The notes: generated from the sequence alone by a model not told the origin. Shown: positions 33,636-41,162, counted from the stretch's first letter. The stretch is 41,162 nt of DNA from Chloroflexi bacterium HGW-Chloroflexi-1 (GCA_002842085.1 PHCA01000041.1:1-41162), one strand, 5' to 3'. Made by a program: numbers and translations.

Positions 33636-33735
33636 GTATCTTCTCAGTTTTTCGGGGCGCTGTGGCCGGTCTGTGACCGAGCCACGGTGGCTCGGTCACA
33701 GACCGGCCACAGCCCTCGGATTATTGAGAAGATAC
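33636..33735. repeat. Full-length palindromic (REP/MITE-like) element, about 100 nt
   Basis: Inner arms GCTGTGGCCGGTCTGTGACCGAGCCAC / GTGGCTCGGTCACAGACCGGCCACAGC (27 nt, perfect). Outer arms GTATCTTCTCA / TGAGAAGATAC. Starts 12 nt after the GT39 stop. Confidence 0.9.
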
Positions 33736-33888
33736 CCATAGCTCACAACGCAGCCCGTCGGATCTGCCATCTGCAACTTTTCCGCCGCATCGGCGTATGG
33801 TATGATAGTCAATCGTCATTCCGGCGCGGCGCCAGCCGATCTGCGGCGAGCCGCGACGTAACCCAAAGGGATGAAAGAGGAGGCAACC

Positions 33889-34308
33889 ATGTCCGAGGAA
33901 CCGCGCACCGAGCGAAGCATCGTCGACGAGCTGAGCAAATTGGGCAAACAGGTGGCCGACGCGATCAAGGCGGCCTGGGAGAGCGAAGACCGCAAGAAGC
34001 TGCAGACCGAGATCACCGATGGGTTGCAGCAGTTCGGCAACCAGGTCAGCGAGGCCGTGGATAAGGCGGGCGAGAGCAAGGCCGCCACGCAGATCCGGGA
34101 GCGGGCCGAGAAGGTCGTCACCGAGGTCCGGGAGAGCGACGTCGTGGATGATGTCCGCAAGGGGCTGCTGACCGGGCTGGACGCCATCAACAAGGAGCTC
34201 GGCAAGCTGCTGGAGAAGCTGGAGGCGCAACGGGCGCTGGAGGCGCCGGCCGAATCGGTCGAACCGCCTGCGACGCCAGAGCCGGCCGAGCCACCTGCTG
34301 AAGGCTAA
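33889..34308 (+). CDS. Small charged, predicted all-helical protein with a Pro/Glu-rich tail (hypothetical)
   Basis: AGGAGG lies 7 nt upstream of ATG 33889. MSEEPRTERSIVDELSKLGKQVADAIKAAWESEDRKKLQTEITDGLQQFG... No family recognised. Confidence 0.6.
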   Translation: MSEEPRTERSIVDELSKLGKQVADAIKAAWESEDRKKLQTEITDGLQQFGNQVSEAVDKAGESKAATQIRERAEKVVTEVRESDVVDDVRKGLLTGLDAINKELGKLLEKLEAQRALEAPAESVEPPATPEPAEPPAEG

Positions 34309-34337
34309 GGACTGAGGATTGCATAACTTGCGCGATT

Positions 34338-34403
34338 AGCCTTGCGAAGGTTCCCGAAGACACCATTTCTAGCCCAAGGCGGGGCAAAAACCTTCGCAAG
34401 GCT
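34338..34403. repeat. Second hairpin family: AGCCTTGCGAAGGTT ...36 nt... AACCTTCGCAAGGCT
   Basis: 15-nt perfect inverted repeat, 30 nt after the stop of the 33889-34308 gene. Confidence 0.8.
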
Positions 34404-34635
34404 GTCTACGTTGGCCCCGCCCGCACGGCGATAAATCGACCGTGCTACCTGAACAACGCCCCAGGAAATGGGGCTGGGAGGCGCGTGGCGGACCATAGCC
34501 CGGTTTACCGGGCGTTGATCCGTAGCCCGGATCAGCTATGTCCGGGCGGGTCCCAGCGACGAGACAACAGGCCGTTGCCCGAATGACCCCCCAGCGCCGG
34601 CCGGTCTGCCGTCAACACGCGCGTAGAGCCGTGCC

Positions 34636-36063
34636 CTACTGCTGTTCCCCGCTCACCATCTCGAAGTAGTTCCAGGCCGCCTGGGAGAGTTCGCGCATGG
34701 TCGTGTCAGAAATCTCCCATTCCAGCCAGGTGGGCCGGTAAAGAAAGACGCTGAGGACGTATGGCCCGGCCGGACCCCGGATCGCGGCCACGTCCCCGTG
34801 CGTGTCTGCCACGTAGCCGTGTTTATGGATCACTCGCGCGTCCTCCGGCGCCCCCGACGTGAGCAACGCCGTCACTTCGTTGAGCGACATGTAGTCCAGC
34901 GCCTGCTGGCACTCGGCCGGCGTGTACTGTTTCTCGTAGGCCGCCAGCAACGTCCCACCGCCCCGGCTGCACTCGACCAGCATCGTCAGCATCAACCCGA
35001 TGTCGCGCGGGGTGGTCTGCATGTACGGGTCGGGTTGGGTGTCGAGGTCTGTGCGACTGTTCGCCTCGGTGACCACGTGCGGCGGGGTGGGCAGCTTGCG
35101 ATCGTAGGGCGTGGCCATGAAACTGTTTCTCAGCCCAAGTTTGTGCAGCGAGGTGTTGAGGATCCGCACCCCCTCGTTGGGATCCCCATCGTCGATAACG
35201 CCGAGCAGCAGATTCGCTGTAAAGTTGCCGCTGACCGCCATCGTCTCGCTGATCAACCGGCTGACCTCGGCGTCGGGCGGCGCGTCCAGCTTACGGTAGA
35301 CCTCGCTGACGATGATGATCTTGAGCGTGCTCATCCCCGCGTACGCCACGTCGGCGTCGATGGCGATCTCCTCGCCCGTGGGGATGTCGTGCAGGAAGAC
35401 GCTGGCGATGCCGGGGAATTGCTCGACGCGGGCTTGCAGGAGCTCACCCAACGCGGCCATGTTCACCGGGGGCGGCGCGGTTTCCCGAAAGATCAGGTTG
35501 GCGCTGCGCGTCTGCGGATCGGTCAACGCGGCGATCACCCGCTCGCGGGACGCGGTCAGGTCCAACTGCTGGCCCGGCTGGCCCGGCGCGATGCTCAGGG
35601 TCGCCAGGATCGGTTGGGGTGGCAACGGTGGGCGATCGTAGCGGCTGGCGACATCGGCCAGCCAGTTGTCCACGGCGTCTCGGTTCAGGTTGTAGCGCAG
35701 CGGCACATCGACCGGTGCGGGCGGCCGATCGAGGGCCTCGCCCACCAGCACGCGGACCAGGTTGAACGGCGTGTTGTGAGCCTGGGCCTCGGCCAGCATC
35801 GCGGCGACATCCACCTGGAAGCCTACCATCTGCGGCCGCAGGATGATGCGCAGGTCGCCGTAGTAGACGGACACCGGCTCCTCGAAGGACCGGTTCAGCC
35901 CCGCGGCTACCTCTGCCTGGCTGGCGCCGTTCAGCTCCATCCCGGCCAGCCGCACGCCCGGGGGTACCACGCCGGCGTTCTGGCGATAGCGCAGGTAGGC
36001 CGGCGTTAGCAGCGCGGCGCCGAGGAGGGTGATCGTCAGTGCACTGATGAGGAATTTACGCAT
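34636..36063 (-). CDS. Membrane-anchored serine hydrolase with a class-A beta-lactamase-like fold
   Basis: N-terminal TM MRKFLISALTITLLGAALL. SxxK motif in YAGMSTLKIIIV. The C-terminal half is conserved-looking (HKHGYVADTHGDVAAI). Confidence 0.72.
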   Translation of the reverse strand: MRKFLISALTITLLGAALLTPAYLRYRQNAGVVPPGVRLAGMELNGASQAEVAAGLNRSFEEPVSVYYGDLRIILRPQMVGFQVDVAAMLAEAQAHNTPFNLVRVLVGEALDRPPAPVDVPLRYNLNRDAVDNWLADVASRYDRPPLPPQPILATLSIAPGQPGQQLDLTASRERVIAALTDPQTRSANLIFRETAPPPVNMAALGELLQARVEQFPGIASVFLHDIPTGEEIAIDADVAYAGMSTLKIIIVSEVYRKLDAPPDAEVSRLISETMAVSGNFTANLLLGVIDDGDPNEGVRILNTSLHKLGLRNSFMATPYDRKLPTPPHVVTEANSRTDLDTQPDPYMQTTPRDIGLMLTMLVECSRGGGTLLAAYEKQYTPAECQQALDYMSLNEVTALLTSGAPEDARVIHKHGYVADTHGDVAAIRGPAGPYVLSVFLYRPTWLEWEISDTTMRELSQAAWNYFEMVSGEQQ

Positions 36064-36108
36064 GAAAAATCATTTGTGAAACGCAAAGCACGTTCGGGCA
36101 CTTGCAGG

Positions 36109-36140
36109 TTACTCATTACTCGTTACTCGTTACTCGTTAC
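36109..36140. repeat. Heptamer array (TTACTCG) x4-5
   Basis: Read directly. On the minus strand it is (GTAACGA)n and starts 2-3 nt after the guaA TAA stop. Confidence 0.9.
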
Positions 36141-36142
36141 AT

Positions 36143-37804
36143 TTACTCCCACTCGATCGTCGCGGGCGGCTTCGAGCTGATGTCGTAGACCACCCGGTTG
36201 ACCCCGGACACTTCGTCGACGATGCGATTGCTCACCTTTGCCAGCAGGTCGTAGGGCAGACGCGCCCAATCGGCGGTCATGAAATCGTCGGTGGTGACGG
36301 CGCGCAGGCCGATTGTGTCGGCATAGGTGCGGCCGTCCCCCATCACGCCAACAGAGCGCACCGGCAGCAGTACAGCGAACGCCTGAGACGTGGCCCGGTA
36401 CAGCCCGGCGGCCCGCAACTCCTCCAGGAAGATGGCATCGGCGGCGCGCAGCGTCTCCAGCCGCTCCCCCGTGACCTCGCCCAGGATGCGGATGGCCAGC
36501 CCCGGCCCGGGGAACGGGTGCCGCCAGACGATCTCCTCCGGCAAGCCCAGCGCGGCGCCCACGGCCCGCACCTCGTCCTTGAACAGATTGCGCAGCGGCT
36601 CGATGAGCTGGAAGGTCATGTCCTCAGGCAGTCCGCCGACGTTGTGATGCGTCTTGATCGTGCGCGCGGTGCCCTGTTCCGCGCGGCTGGCCGACTCGAT
36701 CACGTCGGGGTAGAGGGTGCCCTGGGCCAGGAAAGTGGCGTGTGTGCCGCAATTGCTGCGCAATTGCTTAGAAGCGCCGCTCTGTTCGCCCGCGATCAGG
36801 GCCTCGGTGATCTCGAACGTCCGCACGAACCGCGCTCCGATCCGCTTGCGCTTGACCTCCGGGTCGGTCACCCCGGCCAGGTCGGCCAGGAACTCCTCGC
36901 TGGCCTCCACCGTGATCAACTGCATGCCCATGTGCTGCTCGAAAGTCTCGACGACCTGCTCGGCCTCATCCTGGCGCAGCAGCCCATGGTCCACGAAGAT
37001 ACACGTGAGCCGGTCCCCCACCGCCCGGTGGATCAACGTCGCCGCGACCGCGGAATCCACCCCGCCGCTCAACCCGCAGACCACCGACCCGCCCCCGACC
37101 TGGGCGCGAATCTCCGCCACCGCCTCCGCGATGAAGTTGGCCGGCGTCCAATCCGGCGTGCAACCGCAGATATCTACCGCAAAATTGCGCAGGATGTCCC
37201 GGCCCTGCGGCGTGTGCTGGACCTCGGGGTGGAACTGCACGCCGTAGATGCCGACCGCCACGTTGCCCATGGCCGCGATGGTGGCTCTTGCGGGCATGGG
37301 GTACTGGGTATTGGGTATTGGGTATTGGGTATTGGAGACGGCCAGCGGAACGAAGGACGGCGGCAGGGCGGTCACGTGGTCGCCGTGGCTCATCCAGACG
37401 GCTAATGGCAGATTGCAGATTGCAGATTGCAGATTGGTAAAGAGCGGATTGGGAGCATCGGTCAAGGTGATTTCGGCAGGGCCGTATTCGCGACGGGCGG
37501 CGGGGTCAACGGCGCCGCCGAGGGCGCGGGCCAGCAGTTGCATGCCATAGCAAATACCTAATACCGGTTTCCCCGCGGCCAGGACGAACGGCGGCAGGGT
37601 CGGCGCACCCGGCTCGTAGACGCTGGCCGGGCCGCCGGAGAGGATATAGCCCTGCGGATCGAGGCCAGCGAACCGCTCCGCGGGCGCGTCCCACGGGATC
37701 AGCTCGCAGTAGACGTGCTGCTCGCGCAGCCGCCGTGCGATCAGTTGGCTGGTCTGCGAGCCGTAGTCGAGGATGGCGATGGTGTCGTGGGCTGCCTGGC
37801 TCAT
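36143..37804 (-). CDS. guaA: GMP synthase (glutamine-hydrolysing)
   Basis: [30 protein letters not shown] (GATase). LSGGVDSAV (PP-loop), [40 protein letters not shown] (C-terminal end). ATG 37804 overlaps the upstream stop (ATGA). Confidence 0.95.
   Translation of the reverse strand: MSQAAHDTIAILDYGSQTSQLIARRLREQHVYCELIPWDAPAERFAGLDPQGYILSGGPASVYEPGAPTLPPFVLAAGKPVLGICYGMQLLARALGGAVDPAARREYGPAEITLTDAPNPLFTNLQSAICNLPLAVWMSHGDHVTALPPSFVPLAVSNTQYPIPNTQYPMPARATIAAMGNVAVGIYGVQFHPEVQHTPQGRDILRNFAVDICGCTPDWTPANFIAEAVAEIRAQVGGGSVVCGLSGGVDSAVAATLIHRAVGDRLTCIFVDHGLLRQDEAEQVVETFEQHMGMQLITVEASEEFLADLAGVTDPEVKRKRIGARFVRTFEITEALIAGEQSGASKQLRSNCGTHATFLAQGTLYPDVIESASRAEQGTARTIKTHHNVGGLPEDMTFQLIEPLRNLFKDEVRAVGAALGLPEEIVWRHPFPGPGLAIRILGEVTGERLETLRAADAIFLEELRAAGLYRATSQAFAVLLPVRSVGVMGDGRTYADTIGLRAVTTDDFMTADWARLPYDLLAKVSNRIVDEVSGVNRVVYDISSKPPATIEWE
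37295..37336 (-). repeat. Heptamer array (AATACCC family, plus strand TATTGGG) x6 inside the guaA CDS
   Basis: Read directly. 42 nt, translating as [14 protein letters not shown], just upstream of the conserved YGVQFHPE block. Confidence 0.93.
37408..37435 (-). repeat. Heptamer array (plus strand GCAGATT) x4 inside the guaA CDS
   Basis: Read directly. Translates as NLQSAICNL, immediately before the conserved WMSHGD. Confidence 0.93.
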
Positions 37805-38139
37805 GGCGCCGCGTCTCCCGCGTCGAGCGTCTCTGCGCGCCATTCCGGCGCTTCCTCGCGCACGGCGACCCGTGCGGCTGTGGTCAGCGCGCGCAAAGGG
37901 TAATGGCGGAGCAGGTGAATGGAGTAGCCGGTTTTGACCAAAGTATCTATCTGCTTTTGCCCCATACTATCCACGGCATTTAGGATGGCGTCATCATCCC
38001 AGAAATCCTGGCTGGGCGCCATCATGCAGATGTCCGCAGATTGCCGGCCACCAGGATAGGCCTCCAGTTTCACACCGGGAAGCCGAGTCTGGAGGTCGCG
38101 CATGAACTCGTCAACCATCATCTGGAGTTTCTTGTTCAT
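37801..38139 (-). CDS. Small protein coupled to the HEPN gene; possibly a degenerate minimal-nucleotidyltransferase-like partner
   Basis: ATGA start/stop overlaps at both ends (38136-38139 and 37801-37804). Lower GC than its surroundings. [20 protein letters not shown] loosely parallels the GS..G....SDIDLLV motif of MNT proteins, but the second Asp is missing. Confidence 0.45.
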   Translation of the reverse strand: MNKKLQMMVDEFMRDLQTRLPGVKLEAYPGGRQSADICMMAPSQDFWDDDAILNAVDSMGQKQIDTLVKTGYSIHLLRHYPLRALTTAARVAVREEAPEWRAETLDAGDAAP

Positions 38140-38528
38140 CGTAGCTGCACCTCAACAGCGGACACCAAAACCCTGGTCTTCTGAAGGGCATGCTGCGCCA
38201 CCTTGCGACTGGTGGCAGACACGGTGTAATCAGCGATTCTTCGGATGTCGAAGATTTGTGGGAGTAGCGGCGCCAGATCGGCCGGATACAATTTCCGCCG
38301 ATGAACCAGCACGCCGGAAAAGCGCGCCTGGACGAAGTCGTGCTCCCATTGGCCCCGTCCGCCTGCCGGTCGGACACTCGCGGCGATCAGCGCGACAACC
38401 GCGGCCTGGAACATGGCGTAGTAGCAACGGTTGGCGCAGTTGTTGTAGCGCCCGTCGGTAAACTCGCTCTCGGCGCCGGTCAGGCTCTCGGTCGCTTCGA
38501 TCAGATAGGCCAGGCAATCAGCATCCAT
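38136..38528 (-). CDS. HEPN-domain protein
   Basis: ATG 38528 with GGAG about 10 nt upstream. GRYNNCANRCYYAMFQAAVVALIA ... IFDIRRIADY matches the HEPN (PF05168-type) helix pattern as I know it. Confidence 0.78.
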   Translation of the reverse strand: MDADCLAYLIEATESLTGAESEFTDGRYNNCANRCYYAMFQAAVVALIAASVRPAGGRGQWEHDFVQARFSGVLVHRRKLYPADLAPLLPQIFDIRRIADYTVSATSRKVAQHALQKTRVLVSAVEVQLR

Positions 38529-38550
38529 GGTAGACACTCCGCCGGAGGCG

Positions 38551-39120
38551 TTACTCCAGCACGATCTGCCCATTGTCCATGCTGGTGATAACCGCGAGGG
38601 TCTCGATGGGCACGCCGAGATCGGTGAGGGCGGCGCGGCCCCCTTCGAAGCGTTTCTCGATCACCGCGCCGATGGCGACCAGCGTGGCGCCCGATTTCTG
38701 CACCAGGTCCACCAGCGCGCGAATCGTCTCGCCGCGGGCCAGGAAGTCATCGATCACCAGGACGTGGTCACGCGGGCCGAGAAATTCCGGCGAGATCATC
38801 AACTCGGTCATCACGCCCTTGGTGTGCGATGGCGCATGGGCGATCATCGTGTTGGGGTGCATGGTGACGGGCCTGGTCTTGCGGGCGTAGACGACGGGCA
38901 AGCCGAGCGCCAGGGCGGTGGTCAGCGCGGGCGCAATACCGCTGATCTCGGCGGTGACGATCTTGTTCGCGCCCAGGTGGGCGAAGCGCGCGGCCAGCGC
39001 GCCGCCCACAGCCAGCATCAAGGCCGGGTCGACCTGGTGGTTGATGAAGCTGTCCACCTTCAGGATGCCATGCCCCATGTTGACGCCTTCGCGCATGATG
39101 CGTTCCTTGAGAAGTTCCAT
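38551..39120 (-). CDS. xpt: Xanthine phosphoribosyltransferase
   Basis: MELLKERIMREG...ILKVDSFINHQVDP...TAEISGIAPAL...VLVIDDFLARGET...AIGAVIEKRFEGGR is full-length similar to Xpt. The ATG directly abuts the stop of the upstream GT2 gene. Confidence 0.93.
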   Translation of the reverse strand: MELLKERIMREGVNMGHGILKVDSFINHQVDPALMLAVGGALAARFAHLGANKIVTAEISGIAPALTTALALGLPVVYARKTRPVTMHPNTMIAHAPSHTKGVMTELMISPEFLGPRDHVLVIDDFLARGETIRALVDLVQKSGATLVAIGAVIEKRFEGGRAALTDLGVPIETLAVITSMDNGQIVLE

Positions 39121-40203
39121 TCAAGACACCCCTCTCGTCTTCGACATTTGCCAATGCACCTCGGGATCCCGCCAATGTCGCAGCCGCCAGACCCACCCGG
39201 CCGGGTAGCCGACCATCTTCGCCACGTCGCCCACCGCGCGGATGGCCGGGATCAGCGCAATGGCCCGGAGCTGGTCGACGGGGGCGAGATTGAGCAGGTG
39301 GGCGTGCAGCCGGCGGAAGGGGGTGCGGCAGTAGACGACGGCGCCGCCGGCCAATCCCAGCAACCATAGCGGGCTGTGGGCGATGCTCAAGATCAACACG
39401 GCAGGCAGGGCAACGAGATACGTGGCATAACGGATGGCGTGGCGCTTCCGCCAGAGGTCGGCCTTGCCATCGCCACGGGCGTAGCGGTAGTATTGCTTGA
39501 AGTAAGCGCGCATGGAGCCCCGCGGCCGGAAATGGGCCACCGCGCCCGGCGCCCACACGAAAGGCCCGGTCGCGTCTTGCAACCGGAAGTCAAAGATCAG
39601 GTCCTCGCAGTAGTCCAGCCACTCCGGGTAGCCACCCGCGGCCGCCCACGCCTCCTTGCGAAACGCCACCGACCGGCTGGATGGCAGGAAGGCGCCTGGA
39701 TCGACGTCACCGATCGCTGGCAACACCGTCGCGCCCATCGCAGCCTCGAACGGGGTCTGCGGGTCGGGGACGAAGAAGCCGGCGACGGATTGGGGATTGG
39801 GGATTGCGGATTGCGGATTGCGGATTGCGGATTTGCGATTTGCCGATTGGTCGATTTGCTGATTCGCTGATTCGCTGATTTGCCCGCTTTCCAACGGCGC
39901 GACCAACGCAGCGAGCCAGGCTGGCTCCAACCACACCCCCGCGTCGGTGGATGCGATCACGTCGCCGGTGGCAGTCCGGATGGCCACGTTGCGGCCGCGG
40001 GAGATGTTGGCGCCTGGTTCGATCAACACGCGCAGCTTCAGCCGGTCCGCGTACGATTCGATCACCGCGACGGTGTTATCGCGCGAGCCGCCGTCCACGA
40101 TCACGACCTCGTCGGGTTGCCGGGTTTGAGCCACCAGGCTGTCCAGCATCCGGCGGATCGATTCCCCTTCGTTGAGCACGGTACAAATGACGCTGACGCG
40201 CAA
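39121..40203 (-). CDS. Family 2 glycosyltransferase with C-terminal TM segments
   Basis: TTG start with GGAG upstream. VSVICTVLNEGESIRRMLDSLVAQT....EVVIVDGGSRDNT...ISRGRNVAI......IASTDAG (GT2 DxD-type core). Confidence 0.85.
   Translation of the reverse strand: MRVSVICTVLNEGESIRRMLDSLVAQTRQPDEVVIVDGGSRDNTVAVIESYADRLKLRVLIEPGANISRGRNVAIRTATGDVIASTDAGVWLEPAWLAALVAPLESGQISESANQQIDQSANRKSAIRNPQSAIPNPQSVAGFFVPDPQTPFEAAMGATVLPAIGDVDPGAFLPSSRSVAFRKEAWAAAGGYPEWLDYCEDLIFDFRLQDATGPFVWAPGAVAHFRPRGSMRAYFKQYYRYARGDGKADLWRKRHAIRYATYLVALPAVLILSIAHSPLWLLGLAGGAVVYCRTPFRRLHAHLLNLAPVDQLRAIALIPAIRAVGDVAKMVGYPAGWVWRLRHWRDPEVHWQMSKTRGVS
39787..39884 (-). repeat. Degenerating 7-8 nt array (plus strand GGATTGG/GGATTGC/GATTTGC/GATTCGCT) inside the GT2 CDS
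   Basis: Read directly. Translates as SGQISESANQQIDQSANRKSAIRNPQSAIPNPQS between GT2 core segments. Confidence 0.9.
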
Positions 40204-40253
40204 AGGTTAGGCTCCTGTAAAAACTTGACTGCGGGAATCATCTGCTGCCGGGT

Positions 40254-40259
40254 ATTATA
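40254..40259 (-). promoter_or_regulatory. Perfect TATAAT box (minus strand) about 45 nt upstream of the GT2 TTG start
   Basis: Plus strand reads ATTATA at 40254-40259. The -35 is weak. Confidence 0.4.
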
Positions 40260-40285
40260 CCTGATGACGGGCGAGTGGCCTAGTA

Positions 40286-41128
40286 CTACAACCATACTTC
40301 ATCGCCGATGTCATGCTGAGGTATCATCTCAATAATCCGGGGTGGCTGTGGCCGGTCTCCTGACCGAGCCACCGTGGGCGACAGGCGAACGGCGGACCGC
40401 ACCGCGATCACTGCGCACATGGCCTCCGTCATTCGCCCATTCGCCCCTGCCACCCACGCATCGGCGGTCTGATGGTCATCCTCCAGGTGCAATTCGTGGA
40501 TCGTGTGCTCCAGCGCGACCACCCGGCCGGCCAGGTTGCGGAGCATGTCCATGTTCGGGTCGGGGAGCCGGTCGTGCTGGAGATCCTCCCGGTTCGGCTC
40601 GACGACGCGCTCACCGTTCAGCACCTTGAACCGGCCGGGGACACCCACCACCACCGAGTTTGGCGGGACGTCTTGGACCACCACCGAGTTGGCGCCGACG
40701 CGACTGTGTGCGCCGATGGTGATCGGCCCGAGGATCTGCGCGCCCGCGCCCACCACTACGTGATCCTCCAGCGTGGGATGCCGCTTGACCCTGGCCCAAC
40801 TGACCCCACCCAAGGTGACGTTGTGGTAGAGGGTCACGTTGGCGCCGATCTCGGCCGTCTCGCCGATCACCGTGCCCATGCCGTGGTCGATGAACAGGCC
40901 CGGTCCGATCTGCGCGCCCGGGTGGATCTCGATGCCGGTGAACCCGCGCGCGCAGTGGCTGACCGTCCGACCCAGCAGGAAGAACCCATTGTGCCACAGC
41001 AGATGGGCCAGCCGGTGCAGCCAGACAGCGTGCAGCCCCGGGTACAGCAGCAATACCTCGGCCACGCTTCGGGCTGCCGGGTCACGGTCAAAGACAGCCT
41101 TCAAATCGGCGCGTAGCGTAGCAAACAT
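40286..41128 (-). CDS. cysE: Serine O-acetyltransferase with an unusual C-terminal tail
   Basis: AAGGAGG lies upstream of the [39 protein letters not shown]...[25 protein letters not shown], and hexapeptide repeats. Confidence 0.9.
   Translation of the reverse strand: MFATLRADLKAVFDRDPAARSVAEVLLLYPGLHAVWLHRLAHLLWHNGFFLLGRTVSHCARGFTGIEIHPGAQIGPGLFIDHGMGTVIGETAEIGANVTLYHNVTLGGVSWARVKRHPTLEDHVVVGAGAQILGPITIGAHSRVGANSVVVQDVPPNSVVVGVPGRFKVLNGERVVEPNREDLQHDRLPDPNMDMLRNLAGRVVALEHTIHELHLEDDHQTADAWVAGANGRMTEAMCAVIAVRSAVRLSPTVARSGDRPQPPRIIEMIPQHDIGDEVWL
40321..40372. repeat. Half copy (left half including outer arm) of the palindromic element
   Basis: GTATCATCTCAATAATCCGG-GGTG-GCTGTGGCCGGTCTCCTGACCGAGCCAC corresponds to the reverse complement of 33686-33735. 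Lies inside the 3' end of the cysE ORF. Confidence 0.85.
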
Positions 41129-41162
41129 GCTTCCACCTCCTTGGCCGGGGGAATGGGTGCAC

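Noticed and set aside
1-41162. Diversity-generating retroelement, prophage, integron or other mobile island explaining the repeats
   Set aside because: I recognised no reverse transcriptase, integrase, transposase, phage structural genes or template/variable repeat pair in any frame.

Overview
This is a high-GC (mid-60s % by eye) bacterial chromosomal segment. Protein styles suggest a filamentous Chloroflexota-like organism: PT-rich lipoproteins, CARDB, LTD and carboxypeptidase-regulatory-like repeats, and a GT39 with a large C-terminal domain. That assignment is low-confidence inference. I can support about 26 protein-coding genes. The housekeeping set is pcrA/uvrD-type helicase, HAD hydrolase, CinA/PncC, moxR plus DUF58, cysE, xpt and guaA. 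There is also a large secreted or surface set: a giant LTD/VWA protein, a clan GH-A hydrolase, an S8 peptidase, an EEP extracellular nuclease, three tandem SH3b lipoprotein paralogs, a GT39 membrane glycosyltransferase, a GT2, and a class-A-beta-lactamase-like serine hydrolase. I found no rRNA, tRNA, CRISPR, transposase, integrase or reverse transcriptase. The most unusual property is read directly from the DNA. The window holds 19 head-to-tail arrays of 7-8 nt units from at least 10 unit families, about 3% of the sequence. They fill nearly every intergenic spacer. They donate the stop codons of two genes. Five arrays lie in frame inside coding sequence: guaA twice, GT39 twice and GT2 once, producing runs such as (NTQYPIP)n. 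Two dispersed palindromic repeat families and a 500-nt composite repeat island overlie this. Other candidates are: a signal-less two-gene operon (GH-like TIM barrel, carboxypeptidase-regulatory repeats, a shared unassigned C-terminal module); a HEPN cassette translationally coupled inside a GT2-xpt-guaA operon; a tightly nested 166-nt four-way-junction element upstream of pcrA; and a possible O-glycosylation cassette (PT-rich SH3b lipoproteins next to GT39). All functional calls rest on motif recognition by eye; no database search was possible.
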